This document shows, piece after piece, positions 30,496-38,720 of a stretch of 64,000 nt of DNA. Origin of the DNA: Bacteroidota bacterium (GTDB taxonomy: Bacteria > Bacteroidota > Bacteroidia > UKL13-3); contig JAIYAT010000010.1 of NCBI GenBank assembly GCA_027488905.1, positions 213,061 through 277,060 of the forward strand, given 5' to 3'. The stretch's first letter is position 1, and the number at the start of each line of letters is the position of its first letter. The position numbers and the translations under genes were made by a program. The notes below the pieces were generated by a model. It did not search any database. It saw nothing but the letters and a program-made list of their open reading frames with translations, and was not told where the DNA came from.

Positions 30496-31107
30496 CTATT
30501 GATTTAATTCTTTAGCAGTATTTTCACTGGCTTTTTCTGCTAGTTCTTCATCTCTACTTACTGCGTTTTGCATTAGTAATATTACTACAAATCCAATACT
30601 AATGGCAGCATCGGCAATGTTAAATACAGGGCGAAAGAATTCAAATTCTTCACCAGCCCAAAACGGCCAACTTTCTGGAATGGTAGTTTGTATAATAGGG
30701 AAATACAACATATCTACCACTCTTCCATGAAACCAGTCGTCATAGCCAAAATAAACGCCATAAAATACGCTATCTATAATATTCCCTAAGGCTCCTGCGA
30801 TGATAAGCGTCCAGCCTAATACATATAAATTCCTAGTTCCTTTATCAATGAGCGTTTTAACATAGTAAGCAATTACCCCAACAAAAATGATTCTAAAGAA
30901 AGTAAGGAAGTATTTGCCAATTTTTCCTCCGAATTCAAATCCAAACGCCATTCCATAGTTCTCGGTAAAATGTAGTTTGAACCAATCGCCGATGATTTTC
31001 TTTTCTTCTCCAAGGTAAAAGTTGGTTTTTATATAAAATTTGAACCATTGGTCTACCAATAGTATGAGAAACAAAATTGATAATGCACTAAGGTATTTCG
31101 ACTTCAT
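30496..31107 (-). CDS. lspA: Lipoprotein signal peptidase (signal peptidase II)
   Basis: DQWFK…GxxxxxxHFTENYGMAFG motifs. Start placed at the internal MKSKYLSALSILF; the longer ORF to 31167 would run into a terminator hairpin. Confidence 0.85.
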   Translation of the reverse strand: MKSKYLSALSILFLILLVDQWFKFYIKTNFYLGEEKKIIGDWFKLHFTENYGMAFGFEFGGKIGKYFLTFFRIIFVGVIAYYVKTLIDKGTRNLYVLGWTLIIAGALGNIIDSVFYGVYFGYDDWFHGRVVDMLYFPIIQTTIPESWPFWAGEEFEFFRPVFNIADAAISIGFVVILLMQNAVSRDEELAEKASENTAKELNQ

Positions 31108-31150
31108 ATTGACGTAACTATAATTGTTGCTAATGTTGTTGGCAAGGTAT

Positions 31151-31183
31151 AAAAAAAGGGCAGCCATTACGGCCGCCCTTTTT
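31151..31183 (-). terminator. Hairpin terminator between traR-like gene and lspA (bidirectional-looking)
   Basis: gggcagcc / ggccgccc stem (one mismatch), 5-nt loop, A-run on one side and T-run on the other. Confidence 0.55.
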
Positions 31184-31198
31184 CAAAAGGTCGTTCTT

Positions 31199-32374
31199 TT
31201 ATTTGTATTGCTGCAATTTGGCTTCCATACTTAAAGTTGTATGAGGCACTGCACGCAAACGTTCTTTAGAAATTAACTTGCCTGTTACTTTACAAATGCC
31301 ATAAGTTTTGTTTTCAATTCTTATCAAGGCATTTTCTAAGTTTTCAATAAACTTGCGTTGACGGGCAGCCAATTGGCTTAAATATTCTTTTTCAGAAGTT
31401 GAAGCACCATCGTCAAGTTTGCTATGAGAGTTGTCTGTATCTGTAACTCCATTAACTCCTTGATTTTGCATTTGGCCCATCAAGTTGTTTAATTCATCCT
31501 TAGCTACGGCTAACTTTTTATTGATTAATTCTTTAAACTCATTTAGTTCAGAATCACTGTAGCGTAAAGTGTTCATTGGGGCTTCATCCACCACAGGTGT
31601 TTCAAAAACTGGTGTGGTGCTCACAACTGGTTTCAACTCTTTTTTAGGCGCTGCTGGCTTTTTAGGAGTTAACACAACTGGCTTAGCAATTACTTTGTTT
31701 TTTGGTTCAACCTTTTTAACAATGGCCTTGCTAACTACTTTCTTAACTTCTACCTTGGCTTTAACTACTGGCTTAGCAACAGGTTTTGCTTTAACTATTG
31801 TTTTGCTTACAACTTTTTTAGCAATTGGCTTAGCAACAGGTTTAGAAACAAGCTTCTTTGAGGCAACTTTTACAACTGCTTTGTTATTTGGCTTGCTAAC
31901 TTTTTTAGGTGCTACCTTTTTTGAAATTGTCTTTTTTATTGGTTTGCTTGCTGGCTTAACAGCTTTTTTTGCTATTACTTTCTTAAGAGCAACTTTCTTT
32001 AAAGGAGCTTTGCTGCTTTTCTTAGCCACTACCTTTTTAACAGCGGCTTTCTTTGCAACTACCTTCTTTGCAATTACCTTTTTGGCAATTGTCTTTTTAG
32101 CAGCTACCTTTTTAACAGGTGCCTTTGTTGATTTTTTAACAGGAGCTTTAGCCACTTTTTTTACTACCTTTTTAGGAGCAGTAACTTTTTTCACTGCTTT
32201 TTTAGGAGCAACTTTTTTAGGAGCTACCTTTTTAACAGGAGCTTTTTTAATCGCCTTTTTAGGAGCTGATGCTTTCTTGGCAGCTTTTTTAGGAGCAGCT
32301 TTTACCGCTTTTTTTGCGGCCTTTTTTGCAGGAGCAGCTTTCTTAGCACTGCTTTTGGTAATTTTCTTCGCCAT
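31199..32374 (-). CDS. DksA/TraR-family C4 zinc-finger regulator fused to a long histone-H1-like Lys/Ala/Pro-rich N-terminal tail
   Basis: C-terminal ~120 aa hold a coiled coil plus CxxC…C zinc finger (YGICKVTGKLISKERLRAVPHTTL). N-terminal ~265 aa are AKKAAxK / PKKVA repeats. Confidence 0.8.
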   Translation of the reverse strand: MAKKITKSSAKKAAPAKKAAKKAVKAAPKKAAKKASAPKKAIKKAPVKKVAPKKVAPKKAVKKVTAPKKVVKKVAKAPVKKSTKAPVKKVAAKKTIAKKVIAKKVVAKKAAVKKVVAKKSSKAPLKKVALKKVIAKKAVKPASKPIKKTISKKVAPKKVSKPNNKAVVKVASKKLVSKPVAKPIAKKVVSKTIVKAKPVAKPVVKAKVEVKKVVSKAIVKKVEPKNKVIAKPVVLTPKKPAAPKKELKPVVSTTPVFETPVVDEAPMNTLRYSDSELNEFKELINKKLAVAKDELNNLMGQMQNQGVNGVTDTDNSHSKLDDGASTSEKEYLSQLAARQRKFIENLENALIRIENKTYGICKVTGKLISKERLRAVPHTTLSMEAKLQQYK

Positions 32375-32379
32375 AGTTG

Positions 32380-35300
32380 TTAAGCTTTTTCTATTGTAAC
32401 CTTAATGCTAATTTCATCTACGAGTATTTCACTTGCATCCGATAAATCAGCCACTAAGGAAATATCCGTTGCCAAAATTTCGCTGCAAATATAGGTTTTG
32501 AATTGATTTATAGCACGTTTTAAATAGTTATTGTCCACCATTTTTACACTTATTTTGTCGATAAGATTTAAATCAAGCTCTTTTCTCAAGCCTTGAAGTT
32601 TACTTACCAATTCTCTTGCAATACCCTCATCTCTTAGGTGTTCGGTGATGTTAATGTCTAATGCAACCGTTATTTTACCCTCATTAGCAACTTTATATCC
32701 AGAGATTTCTTTAGATATTATTTCTACATCATCTCTTAAAATTTCTACGGATTCTCCTTCTAAAGAAATGATTGTGTTTCCATTTTCCTCAATTTTTTCA
32801 ATTTCAGATTGTGGCATTTGCAAAATTAGCTCTGACAATGCCTTCATTTTTGAACCTACTTTTTTACCCAAAGTTTTGAAATTTGGTTTGATAGATTTGT
32901 CTATTGCCTCCATAAACTCCAATTCTTTCACATTCACTTCAGCTAAAATCAATTCCTTTACATGAATTATTTCTTCTTTAATTTTTGGGTCAACCACAGG
33001 AATTAAAATTTTCTGAAGTGGCTGACGTACTTTCAGGTTTTCTTTTTTCCTAATGCTCAAAACCAAAGAACTTATTTTTTGCGCATATTCCATTTGTGTT
33101 TCGAGTGTTTGGTCTACAAATGCTAGGTTCACATTAGGGAACTCCGCTAAATGAACGGATTCAACTGCCTCTTTCCCACTAATTAAATTTAAATCCTTAA
33201 ACAACCTTTCTGCATAAAATGGTGCAATTGGACTCATTAATTTCGCCACTGTGGCCAAACAGGTGTATAGCGTTTGATAGGCAGAAATTTTATCTTCAGT
33301 GTATTCTCCTTTCCAAAATCTTCTGCGGCATAGTCTCACGTACCAATTACTCAAATTCTCACCAACAAATTCTTGTATAGCTCTAGCCCCAGGTGTTGGA
33401 TCGTATTGGTCCATTTGGGTGGCTACTTTTTGAACCAAAGTGTTTAATAAACTCAATATCCAACGGTCTATCTCTGGCCTGCTTTCATGCGGAATTTCTG
33501 CTTCCTTGTAAGTAAACCCATCTAAATTGGCATACAATGCAAAAAAGTTGTAAGTATTATAAAGTGTTCCAAAGAATTTTCGTTGCACTTCTGCCACCCC
33601 TTCAAGGTCGAACTTTAAATTATCCCAAGGATCACTGTTAGTAAGCATGTACCAGCGGTTTGCATCGGCTCCATATTGGTCGATAGCTTTAAATGGGTCG
33701 ATGACATTGCCCAAACGCTTGCTCATCTTATTGCCATTTTTATCCAGCACCAAGCCATTTGCAATTACATTTTTATAACTGATGCTATCAAAAAGTAAAA
33801 CACTCAGGGCATGCAAGGTGAAAAACCAACCACGCGTTTGGTCAACTCCTTCAGCTATAAAATCTGCAGGGAAGTTCTTACGGAAAGTTTCTTCATTTTC
33901 AAAAGGCCAATGCCATTGTGCATAGGGCATTGCACCAGAATCAAACCAAACGTCTATTAAGTCTGCCTCACGTTGCATTTTTTCGCCCTGTGAGGATACC
34001 AAAACAACATGGTCCACAAAGGGTTTATGAAGGTCCTTAATTTCAAAGCCAGATTCCATGAAGCCAGCTTCAATTGCTTTCTCTATTTCTTGGTTCAATT
34101 CTGCAATAGAACCTATGCATTTTTCTTCACTGCCATCGGCTGTGCGCCAAATAGGAAGTGGGGTTCCCCAATAGCGAGATCTACTCAAGTTCCAGTCTAC
34201 CAAGTTTTCTAACCAATTACCAAATCTGCCAGTACCTGTGTGTTCAGGTTTCCAATTGATGGTTTTGTTTAATTCTACTAGCCTGTCTTTAACGGCAGTT
34301 GTTTTAATAAACCAGCTTTCCAAAGGGTAATACAATATTGGCTTGTCTGTGCGCCAGCAATGTGGGTAGGTATGTTCGTATTTCTCAATTTTAAAGGCTT
34401 TGTTTTCTAGTTTTAGTTTTAAACCTATTAAATCGTCTACACTTAGATATTTGTCGAGCTTTGGAATGATGGCGGCTAATCGCTCTTTCTGAATATCAAG
34501 TTCTATTTGTTTTTCTTCTTCATTTAGGTATGCTTCTTTAACAAACCTACCCTCTAAAGGGAAAATATCATCCTTAACTGTTTCTAAGAACTTTCCTCGC
34601 TTGTCTACCAATGTTAAAGAGCCTATGCCATTTTGTTTGGCAACCCTAAAGTCGTCTGCCCCAAAACTTGGTGCAATATGCACAATTCCAGTTCCATCTT
34701 CGGTTGTAACAAAGTCGCCTGCGATAACCTTAAATGCATCTCCATCGGTGGGTTGCTCAAAAGGTAATAATTGTTCATACCTTAGGCCAAGCAACTCTTT
34801 ACCTGTAAATTCCTTTACTACTTCAAAAGGTATTTTTTTATCACCTGCTTTATAGTCGCCAAATGGTAATTGAGCATTTTCTGCCGGGAAATGTTTATTC
34901 AGTAAGTCTTTGGCCAAAATTACTTGCATTTCTTTATGCGTGTAGGCGTTATAGGTTCGAACCAACACATAATTTATTTTTGACCCTACTGCCAATGCTG
35001 TATTGGAAGGTAAAGTCCAAGGGGTGGTTGTCCAAGCCAGCATAAAGCAATCTTGTGCATTACCAATAAATGTTTCTGCTTCTTTAAGTTTAAATTGGGC
35101 AACAATGGTTATGTCCTTTACATCTTTATAAGTGCCAGGTTGGTTCAACTCATGAGAGCTAAGGCCTGTTCCTGCGGCGGGACTGTAAGGTTGAATGGTG
35201 TATCCTTTATACAAATAACCTTTGTCGTAAAGCTTCTTTAGCAAGTTCCAAAGGCTTTCTATGTAATTGTTTTCGTAAGTGATATATGGGTCGCTTAAAT

Positions 35301-35730
35301 CTACCCAGTAGCCCATGCGGTCTGTGAGGTTGTTCCAGATGTCGGTGTATTTCATGACATCTTTGCGGCAGGCCTCATTGTATTCTGCAACCGATATTTT
35401 TTTACCAATGTCTTCTTTGGTAATTCCCATCATTTTTTCAACTTGCAATTCTACAGGCAGGCCATGCGTGTCCCAACCAGCTTTTCTTTTTACCTGAAAA
35501 CCTTTGAGTGTATTATATCGGCAAAAAATATCCTTAACCGCTCTAGCCATTACGTGGTGAATGCCGGGCATGCCATTGGCGCTGGGAGGTCCTTCGTAAA
35601 AAACGTAGCTTGGGCTTCCTTCGCGGGAGCTTACACTTTTTTCGAAGATGTTTTCTGATTTCCAAAAAGTTAAGATTTCTTGCTCAAAAGCAGCGAAATC
35701 CATTTTCTTATATTCCTGATACTTACTCAT
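32380..35730 (-). CDS. ileS: Isoleucyl-tRNA synthetase
   Basis: 1116 aa. HIGH (PSANGMPGIHHV) and KMSKS (KMSKRLGN) motifs. Confidence 0.95.
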   Translation of the reverse strand: MSKYQEYKKMDFAAFEQEILTFWKSENIFEKSVSSREGSPSYVFYEGPPSANGMPGIHHVMARAVKDIFCRYNTLKGFQVKRKAGWDTHGLPVELQVEKMMGITKEDIGKKISVAEYNEACRKDVMKYTDIWNNLTDRMGYWVDLSDPYITYENNYIESLWNLLKKLYDKGYLYKGYTIQPYSPAAGTGLSSHELNQPGTYKDVKDITIVAQFKLKEAETFIGNAQDCFMLAWTTTPWTLPSNTALAVGSKINYVLVRTYNAYTHKEMQVILAKDLLNKHFPAENAQLPFGDYKAGDKKIPFEVVKEFTGKELLGLRYEQLLPFEQPTDGDAFKVIAGDFVTTEDGTGIVHIAPSFGADDFRVAKQNGIGSLTLVDKRGKFLETVKDDIFPLEGRFVKEAYLNEEEKQIELDIQKERLAAIIPKLDKYLSVDDLIGLKLKLENKAFKIEKYEHTYPHCWRTDKPILYYPLESWFIKTTAVKDRLVELNKTINWKPEHTGTGRFGNWLENLVDWNLSRSRYWGTPLPIWRTADGSEEKCIGSIAELNQEIEKAIEAGFMESGFEIKDLHKPFVDHVVLVSSQGEKMQREADLIDVWFDSGAMPYAQWHWPFENEETFRKNFPADFIAEGVDQTRGWFFTLHALSVLLFDSISYKNVIANGLVLDKNGNKMSKRLGNVIDPFKAIDQYGADANRWYMLTNSDPWDNLKFDLEGVAEVQRKFFGTLYNTYNFFALYANLDGFTYKEAEIPHESRPEIDRWILSLLNTLVQKVATQMDQYDPTPGARAIQEFVGENLSNWYVRLCRRRFWKGEYTEDKISAYQTLYTCLATVAKLMSPIAPFYAERLFKDLNLISGKEAVESVHLAEFPNVNLAFVDQTLETQMEYAQKISSLVLSIRKKENLKVRQPLQKILIPVVDPKIKEEIIHVKELILAEVNVKELEFMEAIDKSIKPNFKTLGKKVGSKMKALSELILQMPQSEIEKIEENGNTIISLEGESVEILRDDVEIISKEISGYKVANEGKITVALDINITEHLRDEGIARELVSKLQGLRKELDLNLIDKISVKMVDNNYLKRAINQFKTYICSEILATDISLVADLSDASEILVDEISIKVTIEKA

Positions 35731-35867
35731 GTTCTTAATTAAGACGTGCGAAAATAGTCATTTGGAAATAAGCAGAAAAGTATTAGTTTAGCACTATGAT
35801 TTTAATGGGGGCAACAACCGCACGTCATCCAGATTTATTCCTATTTATGATGGGAATGGTTACACTT

Positions 35868-36026
35868 TTATTTGTTTTGGCCAATTTTAATAATTGGCTC
35901 AAGGCTTTCGATACTTGGTTGTATAAGCGTTTTGGCGGGCTTTGAGGGGCTACAATAGTCGCAAATCTCAAGGTCTTCGGTAAAGCCTTTTCCTTCGCAA
36001 ACCGGGCAAACATATCCGCAAGTCAT
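35868..36026 (-). CDS. Small Cys-rich zinc-ribbon protein (52 aa), absent from the ORF track (below 60-aa cutoff)
   Basis: Translates as MTCGYVCPVCEGKGFTEDLEICDYCSPSKPAKTLIQPSIESLEPIIKIGQNK, with two CxxC pairs. Co-oriented upstream of ileS. Confidence 0.35.
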   Translation of the reverse strand: MTCGYVCPVCEGKGFTEDLEICDYCSPSKPAKTLIQPSIESLEPIIKIGQNK

Positions 36027-36083
36027 AGTGGCAAGTTAGGGGAATTTTAACAGATTATTCATCCTTTGGTTCAACCCGAAAAC

Positions 36084-36320
36084 TTACTTGATAAGCCATT
36101 TATAAAAAATTCTCTGCAATTGAGGTAAAGCTACAAACACCATGAATGGCACTAAGATTAGCGACATCACCAAAACTCGTATAGGTATGGCTAAGTCTGT
36201 CATCAAAGGCATAATTAGGTAATTCAATAGCATTAAAGTTGGATAAATTACCAACCATACTAATATGGCCAATTTCCATTTTTTTGGTGGATTAATCTTC
36301 TGAGATGTCATCGGGTTCAA
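36084..36320 (-). CDS. Small 2-TM membrane protein, downstream partner of MMPL transporter
   Basis: 78 aa hydrophobic protein. Overlaps the transporter 3' end by 29 nt. Confidence 0.4.
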   Translation of the reverse strand: MNPMTSQKINPPKKWKLAILVWLVIYPTLMLLNYLIMPLMTDLAIPIRVLVMSLILVPFMVFVALPQLQRIFYKWLIK

Positions 36321-38649
36321 ATTCTACAAGTGAGGTGCCTAGTTCTTTTTTGGCATTAATTGTTTTTTCCAAAGAAAGTAACATGGCTGGCAAAAGCAGC
36401 AGGTTCATAAACATGCCAAAAATTAATGAGAGGGAAGTTAAAACGCCTAAAGCAACTGTACCACCAAAATCAGAGGCTGCAAAAATAATGAAGCCAGCAA
36501 ATAGCGCTACAGCGGTGTAAATAATGGAGGGGCCAGCTTCTGCGAGACTTTCTGGGATAGCATATTTCATGTCCCAATTGTGTTTTTTGAGCGAATGCCT
36601 GTATTTGGCAAGATAATGAATGGTAAAATCTACCACAATGCCATAAGCAATACTAAAAATAATAATGGTAGAAGGCTTAAGTCTAATTCCAAAAAATCCC
36701 ATGATTCCAAAGGTCATGAGCAATGGAATTAAATTGGGTATCAAAGAAATAAGCACCATTCTCCAACTAAAGAAAAGAAAGGCCATCATAATTGAAATAA
36801 TTACCAATGCCGAAATCATACTTTGTATAAGATTTTCGATTAAGTAATCATTTCCCTTTAAGAAAATTGCACTGGTGCCAGTAATTTTAACATCGTAATC
36901 TGCTTTCGGGAAAATGCTATCAATCTTTTGGTTGGCTTTGGCAGTAAGCTTTTTCATTTCCACAGAACCAATATCTGCCATTTGTAAGCTAACACGGGCC
37001 TGCCTAAAATTGCTATCCACCATAGATTTAAGCAAAGAAACTTGGCCAGAACCTTTAGGGAGGTAATCCACAATTTCTGTGATGTCTACAATGTTGGGAA
37101 CGATGTAATATTTTTCCTCGCCGTTGTGCATACCTTGATTGGCAAACTTTAACAAATCAACTATGGAAGTGGCTTTGGAGAGCTCTGGAAATTGAGCCAA
37201 TTCTTTTTGAAGTTTATTTATTTTTTGCAGGGTTACATAATCTTTGATTCCATCATTCCTTTTAGAATCAATCCTTATCTCAAAAGGCAAGGTTCCTTTA
37301 AGGTGTTTTTCAAAGAACTTTAGGTCTTGATAAACGGGGTCATTGTCTGGCAAATCGTCTACTACATAGCCAAGGTTTTTAACTCGGGTTGAACCAAACA
37401 AGGATACAAGCACCAAAAGTATGGTAATTCCATAAATCCAAGGTCTTTTGTTGTAAACGAGGGTGTTACATTTTTCTAAAACTTTATTTAGTCTAATGCT
37501 TTCTAAATGTTTGGTATGCTTAGGTTTTGGTGGAGGCAAGTAGCTATAGGCAATAGGTATAAATAACAGTGAGATGACATAAACCAATAGAATTACCAAT
37601 CCCGAAACGATAGAAAATTGGTCTAACATGGCGCTACCAGAGAAACTAAAAACCACAAACCCCACTGCTGTGGTGGCATTGGTTAGAAATAAGGCTAAAC
37701 CGTTTTTAGAAATAAGTCGCAAAATGGCCATCATTTTATTCCCATGTGTGGCAAATTCTTGGTGATAGACATTGAGCAAGTAAATGCAGTTTTGAACACC
37801 AATGATAACCATGAGTGGGGGTAAAATTCCAGTTAGGATTGTGATTTTATAGCCAAATAGGGCTAAGAATCCCATAGTTGCAATAACCCCAATAATTACA
37901 ACTATTAAAGAGAATATTACTGCACTTAAAAACCTAAAGAAGATAAAAATAAACAGTGCGGTAATAAAAATCGATAGAAAAGTAAAAATTTTAATTTCAT
38001 CTGCAACCCTAGAGCTCATGATGGTGCGTACATATGGCAATCCAGAAATATGCATTTGGCTGCCATGATTTTCTCCAAATTGCTTTGCTCGAGCTTCAAT
38101 GCTTCTAACAAGTGGAATTCTTGCTTTGCTATCTAATTGAGATTTCTTTAGGGTAATGGCCATTATAGCCAAGCTGTCCTCTGGCACATAAAGCAAACCA
38201 TGGTAAAACTTTAAAGTGCTAACAATTTTTAGGATGGAATCTAGCTCAGTTTGAGTTTTTGGTTTTTGTGATAATACGGGTTTTGCTTCGAGTTGGGCAA
38301 TAGAATCATTTCTGCTCAATGCGTAAATATTGGTTAAAGAAACAACTTTTTCAACTCCTTCTATGCCTTCCAAATCTTTGTTTAGGTCATACCAATCATT
38401 AAAATAATTTAGTTTAAAAACATCAGGATGCTTGGTGCCGATTACTAAAATATTTCCATCCTCGCCAAAGGTTGCTTTAAATTTTACATAATCTATAAAA
38501 TCTGGGTCGTCTTGTGGAACAACCTTTGCAAAATCATAAGTCATTTGGACTTTAGTCGCAAAATAGCCGAAAAACAAGGTGAGAACACCCAAAGCAACCA
38601 GTAGCCAAAACCGGTTTCGTATTGTGAAAGAGCCTAAAGAATGCCACAT
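36292..38649 (-). CDS. MMPL/RND-superfamily exporter (12-TM, two large periplasmic loops)
   Basis: Two repeats of a 6-TM bundle with large hydrophilic loops. Start set at the internal MWHSLGSF; the ORF track extends to 38721. Confidence 0.7.
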   Translation of the reverse strand: MWHSLGSFTIRNRFWLLVALGVLTLFFGYFATKVQMTYDFAKVVPQDDPDFIDYVKFKATFGEDGNILVIGTKHPDVFKLNYFNDWYDLNKDLEGIEGVEKVVSLTNIYALSRNDSIAQLEAKPVLSQKPKTQTELDSILKIVSTLKFYHGLLYVPEDSLAIMAITLKKSQLDSKARIPLVRSIEARAKQFGENHGSQMHISGLPYVRTIMSSRVADEIKIFTFLSIFITALFIFIFFRFLSAVIFSLIVVIIGVIATMGFLALFGYKITILTGILPPLMVIIGVQNCIYLLNVYHQEFATHGNKMMAILRLISKNGLALFLTNATTAVGFVVFSFSGSAMLDQFSIVSGLVILLVYVISLLFIPIAYSYLPPPKPKHTKHLESIRLNKVLEKCNTLVYNKRPWIYGITILLVLVSLFGSTRVKNLGYVVDDLPDNDPVYQDLKFFEKHLKGTLPFEIRIDSKRNDGIKDYVTLQKINKLQKELAQFPELSKATSIVDLLKFANQGMHNGEEKYYIVPNIVDITEIVDYLPKGSGQVSLLKSMVDSNFRQARVSLQMADIGSVEMKKLTAKANQKIDSIFPKADYDVKITGTSAIFLKGNDYLIENLIQSMISALVIISIMMAFLFFSWRMVLISLIPNLIPLLMTFGIMGFFGIRLKPSTIIIFSIAYGIVVDFTIHYLAKYRHSLKKHNWDMKYAIPESLAEAGPSIIYTAVALFAGFIIFAASDFGGTVALGVLTSLSLIFGMFMNLLLLPAMLLSLEKTINAKKELGTSLVEFEPDDISED

Positions 38650-38720
38650 AAGTGGCAAAAGTATGTAAAATTGTACGAATCTTACTTTGATGTCGTTTAT
38701 TTGTGATCCAAAGCAAAGCA

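Noticed and set aside
31569-32399. 276-aa + strand ORF (FLGA/TTFF-rich) opposite the TraR-like gene
   Set aside because: Mirror-image artefact of the Lys/Ala codon repeats on the other strand. Low-complexity, no start context, fully antisense to a well-supported gene.
35825-36013. 62-aa minus-strand ORF listed in the track upstream of ileS
   Set aside because: No motif and an odd composition. A different frame in the same region encodes a clean Cys-rich zinc-ribbon peptide (35868-36026), which is the more plausible gene.
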